A stretch of 64,000 bases of DNA from Asterias rubens (taxonomy: Eukaryota). This document shows positions 35,763 through 48,859 of the stretch, piece by piece. Under the pieces are notes generated by a model. It saw only the letters and a program-made list of their open reading frames with translations. It did no database searches and was not told the origin of the DNA. The position numbers and the translations under genes are program-made. The DNA lies in the NCBI RefSeq assembly GCF_902459465.1, contig NC_047075.1, positions 14,508,001-14,572,000 of the forward strand, in the 5' to 3' direction. How positions within the stretch are numbered: position 1 is the stretch's first letter; every line of letters starts with the position of its first letter.

Positions 35763-38700
35763 TGTGATTGGTGATTGTCCATCAAGCTGATTGTTCCATA
35801 TGGTTGAGCGAACATCAAGCTTGCTGTGTACAAATGGTGGCTTCAGCAGTCACTCCAGCTTGAACAAATTCAATTTTGAAAAGTCTCAAAATACGATCAA
35901 ACGTTGATGATTCTTCAGCCAATAAAACACCCACTGGAATCTACATCAACTTAACTGTCCACTGGTGCAAGAACAAAAGTCAAATTGTACATGAAAGTGC
36001 CTCCAAAATCGAAAACTTCAAGAGGGGATCTGAGCGGCTGGTTAGGCGCTCTGATTTATTAAGATTTTGTGTTTACCTTGTGAAATCAACCAATCATAGT
36101 ACACAAGACTGATCACGTGATCTATCCAACGAAATGTAATTGGTTCCTACCGCTTGCATGATGATGATATTCATGAAACGTGAAAACTGCATGCACAAAC
36201 TTCTCGGCGAACAAAACAAAACGGAACACGTAAATAACTTTGATTTGACCCACCGTCGTGTTTCAAAATATGTAAAATGTGGTCTCTTTCTTTGGAAGAT
36301 ATGTTGAGGATCTTGCCGATGTGTCGAGCATATCGATCGTTTAAACTCATGTTAGATGTCACTGAAAAAACGATCAAAATTCCTCTATGATTACCCAGCT
36401 CATGACCCATGTTATGCAACAGTCTTAATGCAAGGCGGTCGTGGCCCGGCCGGGAGACCTAGACTTTCGCTACGATTTGGAACATGACATGAACATTTAT
36501 TACTGCTGATTTCGTGTAATTTAATTTACCCTCAAACCAGGACAATGCATGAATTTATTACAGTATCGTATGTAAAGATGGGTGAAAGAAATAACAATGG
36601 ATCTTACATTGTGCATGTATGCAAGACGAGTCCAAAAAGATTTCAGTGACAAGTCACGATGATTTGGATTTAGCGCACGGTCAACACAGTACAATTTACA
36701 TGTACTGTGTGATTACATGTGATTTCCATGGTCGTGCAGAGCCGGTCGGCCGTGGGGAAAGCGCTCTGACCCGGTCTGTGTGCACGTGTGACACGGGTGC
36801 GGTGTGTTTATTCCCCGGTCGGAGGGGCAACTTTGGAGTCGATTAAAACATGGAAAAATGGCATTTATCGACAATGTTAAACCGTATTTAGTGACTTAAT
36901 ATTTCCATTTTTGATATGACGTGTGCGCGATCGGGGATTATTTGAAATTTCTGCATGATCTACGAACAAACATTTTTGGTAGGCTATAAAATTCCCCCCT
37001 GCATATTCCATCAAAAAGATGACGTCTTCCTCTGTAAGATGGTACCTGATTGGTTGATTTTGGACGGAGTTTTCCATGTCAAAATGGAATTTCGATGTCG
37101 CTTGTGCGAAAACCGATGGGGACAACATTCAGGCTGGCAACCCGTTGTGTGTTGCGGTACCATATTCAACCCGCCGTAACAAAGTTATTTGAAGTCCTTA
37201 CGAAATGAAACTTACACACATGACAAAAGGTATATAAATGTTTTATTTGTACAAGTTTCAGCCATGTATGACACCAAATACGAAAATTACAGTACTTTGA
37301 AAACAGCCCATGACCCCGCAAATCAGTGTTGTCTAGGCCGTATGTGGGCTACGTTCGGCGGGCCTATTAATACTTTAGTTAAGAGATTATCCAGATTTAT
37401 TAGAGTTTGACTGGCCCTAATCTTAGATTCGGTGTTGCTGTCTCCGAATTAAAATCGAGCGTTAGAATAATTGTTGATATAGTACTTCGAGAGTTTTAAC
37501 TTGCAAAAATCATTACACTTCTGTTAGAATCGATCTATACTTGAAGCTCCTTCAAGTTTTGTATATTTTTGCCTGTTGGGGACTATTTGATTTAAACTCG
37601 TTCTGCTTTTTTACTATTTAGCATTTTTCTATTGTTGTCTGTTTCATTTTATCAACTATTGATCAAAGGTACCGACTCAAATGCTATATACTTGGCACAC
37701 CGTATCACAATTCTCCTTTGTCTGTGCGTTGCGTGTTTGGCTCGGTGGTCGCCGTGCTGGCTTGGTCGGCTTATTTGTTTTGTCCACGGGGAGCACGCCA
37801 CCATCCAATCAGCAATGCCGTAGTGTAGGTAGTGATTGGTTATACATGTTAGATGTGTCAGCTAATGAGGATGTAATTATTACAATTTTGAGGGAGTTTC
37901 GCTTGCTTAGAGTCACTTTGTTCCTTTTGTAAATTGCTAATGAAAAAATGCTAAATCGTTAATAGAAAAAAAAAATGTTTATTTACACGAAACAGGTCAG
38001 CCTCATTCTTTCCGTTTGTCATCTACTTTCCACTTAGATAAAGGGGATAGTTGAGCAAGCATTTTGCGGTCATTTTCGTAGTGATACGAGCAGACGGACG
38101 GCGGGCTCTATCGATGATTTCATCAGGCGGGACTAGACTGTCATTGTCGACTGATGGAGAGGAGATATAGGTGCCGTCTTTTATTTAGTGGATCTTCATC
38201 GTGTTTGCCAAAACAAAATTCAGTTGAATACAAATGTGACATCCGTCAAACCGTTACCTTTTGTTTTCGCTGTCACGTAATTCTCATATCTATTACTTGC
38301 ACTTGTTGGTTTCTCTGTACATTTCTGTTTTTTTTATATAGAAATTGTGATACTTGAAGTGTGGGCCTTTGACAATACTGTTTACCGAAATGGTCCAATG
38401 GCTTTAAGTCCTAATAGAATAGACCTGCAGAATGGTAAAAAAGCTACCATACTTAAAGAGCTACATGCATATAGAAAACTTCCGGACATTTGCTCACGGA
38501 AGCCACTGCACGCGTGGTTTAACACGTGAAACACATGGCCAAAAACGGCCCTTCACGTGAACTTCCCCCTGCTAGCAAAAAGTGTTATGTATCAAACCAG
38601 ATCGCTCAGTATTTGAAAGTATATAACATCTTCTTTCGGTACGATATATTTTCTTAATTCATGCAACTCGAGAACATAGGGCCTTTTTTGATTAAAAACT

Positions 38701-39840
38701 TGCTAAAAATGCTCAAAAGCGTCGATCCCTATGGAGGTCAACTCAGTTTTCACGGAGTTCGCTCACTAAATTGAACGGCAAAGCTGTTCCATTCATCTTA
38801 CATAACTGGATCGCATGTCTTAATAAACTAGAGAAAATTCTCTTTCTGGTGATATAAGAATAACTTTGATTGGTCTAGAGGAATATAGGGCCTTTTTCGA
38901 TCCAATTGTTGAGCTCCTTTCATATCTGAAGACGTGACCCCGCAATGAATATGCAGTAGTTCGTTTAGTCAGGCTCCATTGGTTTCCCGTACACAGGCAA
39001 CGAACGCACTTGTTGTACTGGGAACTAGCCCAATAGAATCATGCTTCCGTCCACGTGAAAGACAAAGCGAGTGGCTCTGTTTTTTCGTCGGTGAAATCGC
39101 GAAATGTACTGCTTGAATCTCAGATTTGCTTACAAGTAAAGAGATTTTATCGAAGTATTTATGTTCCGGTTCCTCTTTTGATCACTGCCATAAGTTAAAT
39201 CTGTCTAAATATCCAGTAATAAGTGTAAGAATTGACGTCTTTGCGTTGGATCACCTCATTATGTTTTAGAGGGGTAACAGTTTGTGATGGTGTATGATGC
39301 ATTATCGACTGTATGAGCCCGATCCAGAGATGGATGGTTTAGACATGGTTTAGATAAGATGATCGAAGGAAGAACGGTGGTTTTCTTTGTTCCTTAATTG
39401 TGCCGTTTTAATAGATTTGAGTGACAAAATAAATGAAGATTAATCAGAAGCAACACTTACACAAGATTGACATGCACTTTTCATGGAGAACTGTCATGTG
39501 ATGTTACATGCACGTATTAAACTATATTATTCGGTATCACAACAAGCATGACAATTACTAAAGTAACATTTATTTATTTTTCAGTTTGGGAATAATTATC
39601 AGGCTACTTGCTCTGTACATGCATGGCTGTATGCGAGAAAATTCTCCGCTCCCCCTTTGTCTGGAATGGTTTGATCGTGTGTAGTGCTGCTGCTGCGACC
39701 GCACTGCATATTCATGAATGTGTGTGGGTGCACACACGCGGTGTATGAGAGAGCAGGGGCTTATTTTCTGTCCGAAATGTGGTCAAAGTTTTTCATATGA
39801 TACTTCTTTAACCGGTGTTTAAATTTAAAAAAAAAATTAA

Positions 39841-40240
39841 CATCTACTGTACGTAAATGAAAATGTGCATTTTCCCACCCCTGTCATTTTGTAGACCCTA
39901 CAACCCTACACCATAAGACACACTGTTAAAGAAACCCTACACACACTCCTACTCGCCGAGAAAACCCTACACGCATCTAATGTACGTGAATGAAAAAGGC
40001 TTTTTCCTACCCCCTGCTCATTTTGTAGACCCTACAACCCTACTCCATAAGACACAGTGTTAAAGAAACCCTACACACACTCCTACTCGCCGAGAAAACC
40101 CTACACGCATCTACTGTACGTAAATGAAAATGTGCATTTTCCCACCCCTGTCATCTTGTAGACCCTACAACCCTACTCCATAAGACAGAGTGTTAAAGAA
40201 ACCCTACACACACTCCTACTCGCCGAGAAAACCCTACACG
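39841..40240. repeat. 133-134-bp tandem repeat, three copies
   Basis: CATCTA(C/A)TGTACGT..ATGAAAA starts at 39841, 39974 and 40108; each unit ends ...CGCCGAGAAAACCCTACACG. Confidence 0.92.
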
Positions 40241-40989
40241 ATTCCCACGTGTGCGTGTACAACAAAACGCAAAAAAAAATCACAAAAGTTAGATGACGAT
40301 TTGCTAATTAAAACCAAATGTCCCAGACTTGCCTTTCACATATCCACTTGAAAAGGTCATTAGATGACAGACTTGCTTGAAGATAGCAACAACAAATGCT
40401 CAGGCTTTTTTTAAATGATACAAATCTCACATCGTTTTTCACATCGGAGCAAGCCACATTTCGCGTCGCCTGGCCGCACACATTGGACTTTTCGAAGTAG
40501 TCTCTACGTCAAGAAGTTCAGCGAACAAGCCCACTGAGATTGAAAAAAGACTGTAGCACACGAAACTCAGACAATCCCAAACAAAAATAAACGACTTGAC
40601 AGTCATAGCCAATGAACGAACAGAATTTGCAGTACGTCACAACATCGACAACTGGCGAGTTTTAGCTTTCGTCCTTTAAATAAACAATGACGTCACGCGT
40701 TTTGACAAGCAAATCGCGCTAAGCAATAATAACCGCAAGAGGGCGCACTTTTTTTTGCGTGAAACAGCCGTGACGCGTAAGGAAGTGTGCGAAGATGCAA
40801 TGAAACTAACAGGGATATAAATTAGCGTGCGATACAGTGCAACGCGCAAGGTTTACACAATGTATGCTGATTCAGTGGCCACTTTTTCGCTATTTTCCAA
40901 AGCCAGTCTTTATAACACCGTTAACACTCCCACACGTGACCGGGTTTTGACCAATCAGAGACTTGAAACTGTCCAAGGTATTTATTAAT

Positions 40990-41060
40990 AATAATTATAG
41001 TGCCCTCTTTTATAGCGCACATATCCGTCACCCAGTGACGCTCAAGGCACTTTAACAGTC
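40990..41060 (-). mobile_element. L2-type 3' tail of a short SINE/LINE fragment
   Basis: Minus strand GTGCCTTGAGCGTCAC...GTGCGCTATAAAAG...ATTATTATT resembles the tail at 32341-32415. Confidence 0.45.
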
Positions 41061-42867
41061 GGTATTTTCCTGAATTGTATAGATGTGGAGCTACTTTTTG
41101 AGACCTATTCCTTTACATAGCACCATGAAAACTATAGTACATTTTGTTAATATCTTAGTGTTGTGTTTTATATAAAAAAAAACCAGTATGGACATCTCTG
41201 TCTGGATGATAAGGTTTTGCAGCCAACTGTTTTTGTCAAACAATAATTTTGCTAACAGAGGAGTATTTAAATCAGAAGAAGGAATATCAGATTCAGATTC
41301 AGTAAAGTTTGTTTAGCTCTGATCAGCAATCTCAAATGATGTTCTTGTTGCTTGCTTGTAATACTCCTTTGCATGGTAATTTTTTAATTTTCATGTACAG
41401 GTTCTCAGCATTCCACAATTGAAGATGTAGCCAATCAATCAGATGACGAGAATCCAGATGATGAGAAACCAGATGAAGAGAATCTAAATGAATAGAATCC
41501 AGAAAGCTTCATCATTGAAGAGTCAGTAGGTAACGACAATGCCGAATTACTTGATCAGTTAGATAATCCTCCCGAACAGAAAGCACACAGGTCAAAAAAT
41601 AGGATGGTCAAACTAAAGCGTAACAAAAGTCTATCATATTATTCTGAAAAGTCTCACAAATTCATCGAGGGTAGGAAAACAGTGCGCAATCAAATGTGTA
41701 CAGGGAAAGGTGTAAATATAAGCTAAGTTGCACTAAATTTGAGTGATCAGGTAGTAAAGTCTTTAAGAAAAGACTTCTATGAAGCAGGAAACTTGGCTCT
41801 TTAGAGGGAGTACATAGCGCGACATATCAGTTACACTGTTGTCAGTAAAAGTCACAAAAACAGACTTAAATACACTCTTCCACATCCATTCGTCCCAGGG
41901 GGAAGTGTTACAAGTTTTCAGGACAACATTTTTGTGTTCACTTGCAATATCGGACCGCCAGGTTCGTACTGTTCTGCACAAGAAAAGTAGACTAACTGGG
42001 GTACTAGAGAGAGAAAAAAGGGATGGCAAACAAAACCAACAGCCTCACAAGAGGCGTAGGATTCTCCAACACCTCAATCGCTTTCCCCGTGTAGAATCTC
42101 ACTACTGTAGAGCATCCACTAAGTGGAATTACCTCTTTGCAGAACTAACAAGGAAGAAGATGTAAAGGATGTTCAAAAAGGATCGTCCTGATTGTGGATC
42201 GTTTTCTCTTTATAAGAAAGTAATAAGAGAACAAAATCTGAAAATTCACCGGCCAAAAAAGGATAAATGTGGACGATGCAAAACATTTCGTCAATGTAGT
42301 GAAGTAGAACGTCCCAAAATACCAAACCGACTACGACAGACACAGGGAAGAGATTTCTGAAGTAAGAAAAGTCAAAGATCTTAGTAAAGAACGTGCCATT
42401 GAAGACGTCTCCCACAGTTCTGCTCTTTGATTTACAGCAGAACATATACCTCCCAAAATCGAACAGGGGCAAAATATTCTACAAACGCCGCCTTGCATGT
42501 TACAATTTCACTATTTATGACTTGGCTTCTTGCGAAGGGTTCAGCTACCTCTCCAATGAAACAATCACAAAGCGAGGGGCGTGTGAGGTATCCTCTCACG
42601 TCATGGACTACCTCCAAAAACTTGACATAGAGGGTAAAGAGTCAGTCGACTTCTTCTGCGATGGTTGTGCGGGTCAAAACAAGAATTCGATCCTCCCAGC
42701 AATGTTTACAGATTTCTTGTCTAAATCGTTAAACATAAAAGTAATAACCATATATTATACTTTGAAAGCAACCATGGCCAAAGTGATGGGGATAGCATGC
42801 ACTCGGTGATTGAGCAAAACCTGGCCCGTACAGAAGTTTTCCATCCATGTCAACTATCTAACATAAT

Positions 42868-42940
42868 GGGGAGTAATGGATCAGCGTTCTTGCCGCACCC
42901 CCCGTGAGTACCCAGGTTCGCCTGGGGAAACTGATGATCC
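42868..42940 (+). ncRNA. HDV-like self-cleaving ribozyme at the LINE 5' end
   Basis: P1 GGGGAGT/ACCCCCC, P2 GGATCA/TGATCC, P3 GCG/CGC, L3 TTCTTGC, GT linker, P4 CCCAGG-TTCG-CCTGGG, J4/2 CTGA with the catalytic C at 42931; G+1 is the first base after the TSD. Confidence 0.82.
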
Positions 42941-42989
42941 AACCAGCTTGCCAAATCCTGCACCGGATCCTGGCCATGATCTCGAACAC

Positions 42990-45960
42990 CAAGAAGCAGG
43001 CAATGTCTTTCTAGATATTGGCCCTGCTGTCCGAATCCTTCAGCTCAACATCGAAGGCATCTCCGCTGCAAAGCGTGAAATTCTAGCTACCACCTGCTCC
43101 ACAGAAAAAGTTGACGTTATCTGTCTCCAAGAAGTACACGTTGGCGCTAATGACCCAAGAAGCAGACTCAAGATCGCAAACTACGACTTTGTGGCCTTCA
43201 CAGGTCATAAGCAGTATGGAAGAGCTACATATGTCCGATCTGACATAGCCGACACTGAACTTCTTGAATCAGCTGAACTCTGCGATACCATCCGTGTGGG
43301 CAGCTACAAAATCATCAACGTCTACAAACCACCTTCCATCGACTTGACTGACACTGCTTTGCCTGCTCATCAACACCCAGCTAATATATGTGGGAGACTT
43401 CAACAGCCACCACGCAGTCTGGGGTTATGAAAACGCGAATAGCAATGGAGAATGGTTGATGGAGTGGTCATCTCAACTGAACTTGAGCCTGGTCATCAAC
43501 CTGAAACAAAAACGCTCATTCCACTCTGCACGCTGGAATCGTGACTATTCACCTAACCTGTGCTGGGTCACCTCACAGAATGACCAACCACTACAAACAG
43601 CTGTACAGGTACTGGATGACTTTCCAAGGAGTCAACATATGCCCATTGTGACCCACGTTGGGATACGAATCCCACTAACCAGATCTCTACAAAAACCACG
43701 CTGGAACTTCCGTAAGGCAAACTGGACAAAATTCTCCGAGCAGCTTGAAAAGAGCATTGTCTGCATCCCCATCAAAGGGACCTCAGTGACTGAAGCATAC
43801 ACTAGATTCACCAAAGCAATCTTCAAAGCAGCCAAGGCTAACATCCCGCGAGGCTTCCGGCCTACCTACATTCCTTGCCTAGACTCTGAATGCCAACAAC
43901 TTCTCAAAGAGTTCACTAGCTCAGGCGATCCAGACACTGCCAACCACCTCATTGAGTGCCTTGACAATGCCCGCCAAATAAGATGGGAGCAAACCACCAG
44001 CAACTTGAACTTCACACACTCAAGCCGGAAGAGCTGGAACCTCATCCGCCAACTCGGCTCTAACCAACAACCGTCCAACTCAAACAGACCATCAGTCAAA
44101 CCAAATGCAGTAGCTAGCCACCTCATCAAAGTGGGGAAAGCTCCGATTGACAAACAGACTAAACATGAGACCACACTAGAATGGCGCTCCTTCAAAAAGT
44201 CAAGACCAGAAGCTGAAACCGCAACTGCAACTCCAATCACCTTAGAAGAAGTAAATACAGCTTTGAAAGACCTGAAGTGTGGTAAAGCCCCAGGGTATGA
44301 CAACATCCACCCCGAATTCCTGAAACATCTGGGACCTGCAGCAAAAAAATGGCTAGCCGCCTTCCTTTCACGAGTCGTCTCGGTGAATAGTCTTCCTAAA
44401 ACTTGGAGAACTGCTAAAACCATCGCCATCCCAAAACCTGGGAAAGACCCCAAACTGGCTTCCAGCTATCGCCCGATCTCCCTCCTCTCAATGTGCTACA
44501 AACTGTTAGAGTGGATCATCCTCCATCGCATCAAGCCAATCACAGAGGAAGTACTTCAAATCGAACAAGCAGGTTTCCGCTCTGGCAGAAGTACTCAAGA
44601 TCAAGTTCTCGCACTCACCACCTACATCGAAAACGGATACCAGCAAGGCCTAAAGACTGGCGCCGTCTTCCTGGATCTGACTGCTGCATATGACACTGTG
44701 TGGCACAAAGGTCTGCTAGTCAAAATCTCCAAAGTACTACCATGCTGGGCCGTTGACATAGTTAACTGCTGTTGCAACAACGACGGTTTCGTGTCCATAT
44801 GGGAGACACTTGTAGCTCATGGAGAATGCAGAAGAACGGCTTGCCACAAGGATCAGTACTGGCACCCACCCTGTTCAACCTGTACACAAGTGACCTCCCA
44901 GCCACTATGTGCCGAAAGTTCATCTATGCTGATGATATCTGCCTCGCCCACCAAGCAAGAACGTTTGAAGACCTCGGCACCACTATCAATGATGACATAG
45001 CAAAGATCAGTGAATACTGTAAACGCTGGCGACTTCAGCCCAGTGTGGCTAAAACAGTATCCAGTGTTTTTCACCTGCACAATGCAAAAAGCCAACAAGA
45101 GCTACACATCTTTCTCAACGGAAAACGTTTGAGCCACGCCCCCAAACCGACTTACCTTGGCGTCACCCTGGACCGTACACTCACCTTCAAACCTCACCTC
45201 CAGAAAGTAGCTGCCAAAATCCAGACCAGAAACAACTTGATCCACATGCTCGGGGGTACAACCTTGGGAGCTAAGACAAGGACACTCCGCTCATCTGCTC
45301 TAGCCCTCTGCTACTCGGTGGCTGAGTACTGTGCTCCAGTCTGGAGGAATTCTGTCCACACCGGCCTTGTCGACGTCCAACTCAACAACACCATGAGAAC
45401 CATCACTGGCGCCGTTCGCAGTACAAAGACAGACTGGCTCCCAGTCCTGAGCAACATTGCCCCTCCAGACATCCGAAGAGAGGTAGCCACATCTAGGCTG
45501 GTCTGTAAGATCCGATCCAACTCTGAGCTCCCTCTCCTCAGAGACCTTGACTTCCACCCTAGGCCTAGACTTAAGTCGAGAAACCTAATCTGGTCCAATG
45601 TCCCGGACAGTGCAGCAACAGCAGAAGATCTATGGCGAACACGGTGGCGAGACCACACCAACGTCCCCCACAAGTTCCTGGTCGCTGACCCCACCATCCA
45701 ACTTCCGGGAATGGACCTCCCGCGCGGCCATTGGTGCGTCTTAAACCGGTTTCGTACAGACGCAGGGCCGTGCCGCAGCAGCCTACACAAGTGGGGCTAA
45801 CTTGCATCTCCGCTTTGTGATTGTGGAGAACCACAGACGATGCGCCACATGATAGATGACTGCCCACTCGCTCACCTTGATGGTGGCATCAAAGCCCTTC
45901 ACCTGGCTGAGGACCCAGCCGTAAAGTGGATTATGGACTTCAAAACGAGATCTACATAGC
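42990..45960 (+). pseudogene. LINE ORF (APE endonuclease, RT, C-terminal CCHC zinc knuckle) with frameshifts and a stop
   Basis: ILQLNIEG, ICLQEVH, GDFNSHH, SYRPISLL, QAGFR, FLDLTAAYDTVWH, GLPQGSVLAP, IYADD, YLGVTLDRTL, and CDC-x7-H-x4-C after the TAA at 45798-45800. Confidence 0.92.
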
Positions 45961-46417
45961 ATACGACATCATCATCTAACATAATAGAGGATGCTAGACA
46001 CAACCCTTGCCCCTATGTAGTAAGACATGTACAAACCTCTGACATAATAGACTGTAAGTCATATGGACAAGCCATGGGCATTCTCAAATGCAGGGAAGTG
46101 GGTGATGGTAGTTCCATCGACTGGACAAAAGTAAAACAACTCAAAATTCACAAAGATCTAGCCAATGTGATTAGCTTCAAGACTTCACACACACAAAAAG
46201 AGTTTAAAACTCTTACACTGGGAAATTTGCGCAACCTCCGTTCTGCTAATAACCATACTCCCTGTCCTAAACCAGAACTGCCAAAATCCTTGTACTCCAA
46301 TAGACCTAAATTGTCAGCAGGGAAGTACAGAGATTTAATAAGTCTTTGCACAGGGTCCTGCCCAGTAGTTGCCCAACAAGATCTTGTCGACTTCTACAAA
46401 AACTTACCCCATGAGGA

Positions 46418-46680
46418 ATGATCAAAATGGTAGTCCAATGTATCTCTGACTGATGTGTCATTCAACCTATCTCTTGTGGTAACCCAAACGATTTTTCTCA
46501 GACAGGTCATCACGAAGACTAGCAGTCTGTTTCCATCACTTTTCCTGACTGTCCAAGTCTTTGATCCATAAGTGGCTTTTGATAGGATGAGTACCTTGTC
46601 TATTTCCAGTTTGGTTAATGTTTCTATTTGATGAGAGTTCCAAACCGTATTCACTTTTTGTGTCGCTCCCATAGCCAGTC
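46418..46680 (-). mobile_element. RTE-clade LINE fragment
   Basis: LSKATYGSKTWTVRKSDGNRLLVFVMTCLRKIVWVTTRDRL resembles the RTE post-RT motif YGxExWT...RLxxFEMxCLRxI...D. Confidence 0.6.
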
Positions 46681-47819
46681 CAACCGAATTTGGATGTCAT
46701 TTTCATTGCTACCAGAAACTGATGAGATGACTCCCCTAGCAAATTGTTGACCTGAAAAAGTTGCTTTCCCTTTTAGGATACAGAAACTTTTGATTTACCT
46801 TGCACTTCACATCTTTTATTACGGCGTACCACATTCGTCTTATTTAGAGATATCATTTGTTTCTATAGTTCTCCACAGAGTTCATTTGCTTACCTCAATT
46901 GTCTTTTATATTTTGAACACGCTCTTTTGTGGGTTTTTTCTTAGTGCAAGGAGTTTTTGTTATCGTAAATAAACTTCGATTTTTATGGCGTGGTTCTCCG
47001 CTTCAAACTTTCGAAGCTGGCGGGAAACTTCTAAGAAGGAGTTTTGACACTGATGTAAAAGGTCATGTGTCCATATTTGGAAGTTTCAATCACAAATAAG
47101 GAGCGGAAGGCCTGTCCAAGACCATTTGCAAATGGGGGTATTTACGCTTCATTTCTGAGGGGCTCACCAGGCAAAAAAAGAGCCCGCGCGTCTGCAGTGC
47201 CTGAAACTGATGTCGTTTATAAGTAAGATTATTTGTCGCCATGCTTTATTTATTCTGTACTTTGAAAAGACACACAGATACAAGAAATTACACACTATTC
47301 GTGCTGATATGTCCGACTACGTCACCCGGAAAACTTAACACGGCGGAAGACTGAAACCGCCACACCGGGTATAACGATGATGATGCTAAAGGAAGGGGAG
47401 GAGTGGGGTGAGTACTAAGCATAAATAATGTAGCAACCTTGCTGGGCCCGAACTGAAACCGTCACTTTATTTTAATATTAGTTTAACAATCTGATTTGGT
47501 TGCATGGACGAACCTTGTCAACAAGTTAATGGGACAAAAATAAAGACCCATGTCTACCATAACTATACATTTCTTTTTGCCCTTCACCGATGTGTGATGT
47601 TAAGCACTGTAAACACAGTGAATGTTTTTTCTTCTGCAGGACCAAAAATGCAAAGAGATAGTGCTTATCACATAGCGGTGAAGGGAAACAACACAAATTA
47701 TATTCATTTCCCCTGATGTGTAGTTTTACATCTTTTAATACCCTTCTATTGTATTGCTAATGGTATGAAAAATAAACCTGAACCTGAAACCTGAAGTCAA
47801 TGTACGTTCTATTTTTCAG

Positions 47820-47987
47820 CTCCCTGTAGTCGTGAGCCAAGTATCATCAGTGACACAACTGGAATTATCAGCCCCATTGATGACGGTTCATCAAAAAGTA
47901 GCCCCCATATCAACCAAAGAGAGCGAGGTTAATATCACCAACTCGAATGGCACAAACTATGTTGGTGAAGAAGCTGAAGCGAAGGAG
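47820..47987 (+). other. Isolated candidate coding exon (168 bp, phase 0-0)
   Basis: TTTTTCAG acceptor, GTAAGG donor, one open frame (LPVVVSQVSS...EEAEAKE); product not recognised. Confidence 0.25.
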
Positions 47988-48197
47988 GTAAGGAGGTACA
48001 CATTCAACCATGATTTAACAAAGAAAGTGTGGTTTGAAATTTAGCAGCTGGCTGTGTTGAGCTTCTGATGGGTAGACTACCTAGTGTTGATCTTCTGTCT
48101 GAAGTGTATGATGTTACATAAGATAGGTTAAACTTTGTGGAAGTAGGTACAAATCATCCGAAGTTTTGTTCTATCATGTTAATGAAGTGGTTACCCG

Positions 48198-48460
48198 CTC
48201 GATAGTCCGAAGGTTCGATGGTCCGAAGGTTCAATAGTTCGAAGGTCCGACAGTCCGAAGGTTCGATAGTCCGAAAATAGGATAAGGTTAAATATTCTGA
48301 AGGTTCGGTAGTCCGAATTGACAATAAGGTTCGATAGTCCGAATTGACAGTAAGGTCCGATAGTCCAAATTGACAATATGGTCCGATAGTCCGAATTGAC
48401 AATAAGGTCCGATAGTCCGAATCGACAATAAGGTTCAATAGTTCGAATCAAAAACAATAA
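48198..48460 (-). repeat. Left subterminal array of degenerate TCGATAGTCCGAAGGT units (16-bp and about 26-bp periods)
   Basis: Repeated GGTTCGATAGTCCGAA; inverted relative to 56866-57215. Confidence 0.9.
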
Positions 48461-48859
48461 GGTTTGACAGTCCTCGTAGCAGGCACACCTTGGTGTTCTC
48501 CGAGAAACTGAGTATAGTGACTATCACACCCCAAAGGCCCATTTCCCGACAACTTTTTCCTAGGAATTGTAGACATTGTTGACCCCAACATTAAGTACTT
48601 AGGAAATACTATTGATAGGAAAAGCTGTTTTGTTTTCTTGTGTTTTCTTTTTGTACACTTTTAAACTAGTATATCGACTGTGTAACTGTCACACGAATTC
48701 TTATTACCTGTAAAAAGTACTATGATATTGACACTAATATAAACTTAATTTACAATTGTATTGATGTCGACTGTACAATGCTCAAAGACACCCTGGTGTC
48801 AGTTCAGCTACATAATTATAGAAATATTTCCTCAAAACTACATTTGACCAGGTTCTTAT

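Larger units (their letters stand above)
32341..35900 (-). mobile_element. Near-full-length L2/CR1-group LINE
   Basis: (TAT)n tail at 32341-32370, 3' stem-loop-like GCGC..TATAT segment, and a long APE-RT ORF; 5' end approximate and no TSD identified. Confidence 0.9.
42868..45973 (+). mobile_element. Full-length single-ORF LINE, Ingi/Vingi-like (about 3.1 kb)
   Basis: 12-bp TSD ATCTAACATAAT (42856-42867 and 45974-45985), short (CAT)n tail, APE-RT-CCHC architecture and no RNase H seen. Confidence 0.9.
41590..46421 (+). pseudogene. Sola-like DDE transposase, frameshifted and split by a LINE (41590-42867 plus 45986-46421)
   Basis: FPRVESHYCR, RPKKDKC..C, LLFDLQQ, YKRRLACYNFTIY, RGACEV, CDGCAGQNKN, HGQSDGDSMHSVIE; the reading frame resumes across the 12-bp TSD as QLSNIIEDARHNPCPYVV. 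Confidence 0.75.

Noticed and set aside
36100-39100. Several short ORFs and GC-rich patches (for example 36740-36840)
   Set aside because: No motifs, consistent fold or definable termini; likely old non-autonomous DNA-transposon debris.
42911-42940. Hammerhead reading of GAAA-CTGATGA
   Set aside because: The core elements are adjacent and in the wrong order for a hammerhead; the HDV-like fold explains all positions.
43632-45867. Antisense ORFs overlapping the LINEs (also 61901-62999)
   Set aside because: Shadow ORFs on the opposite strand of real coding sequence, with no independent motifs.
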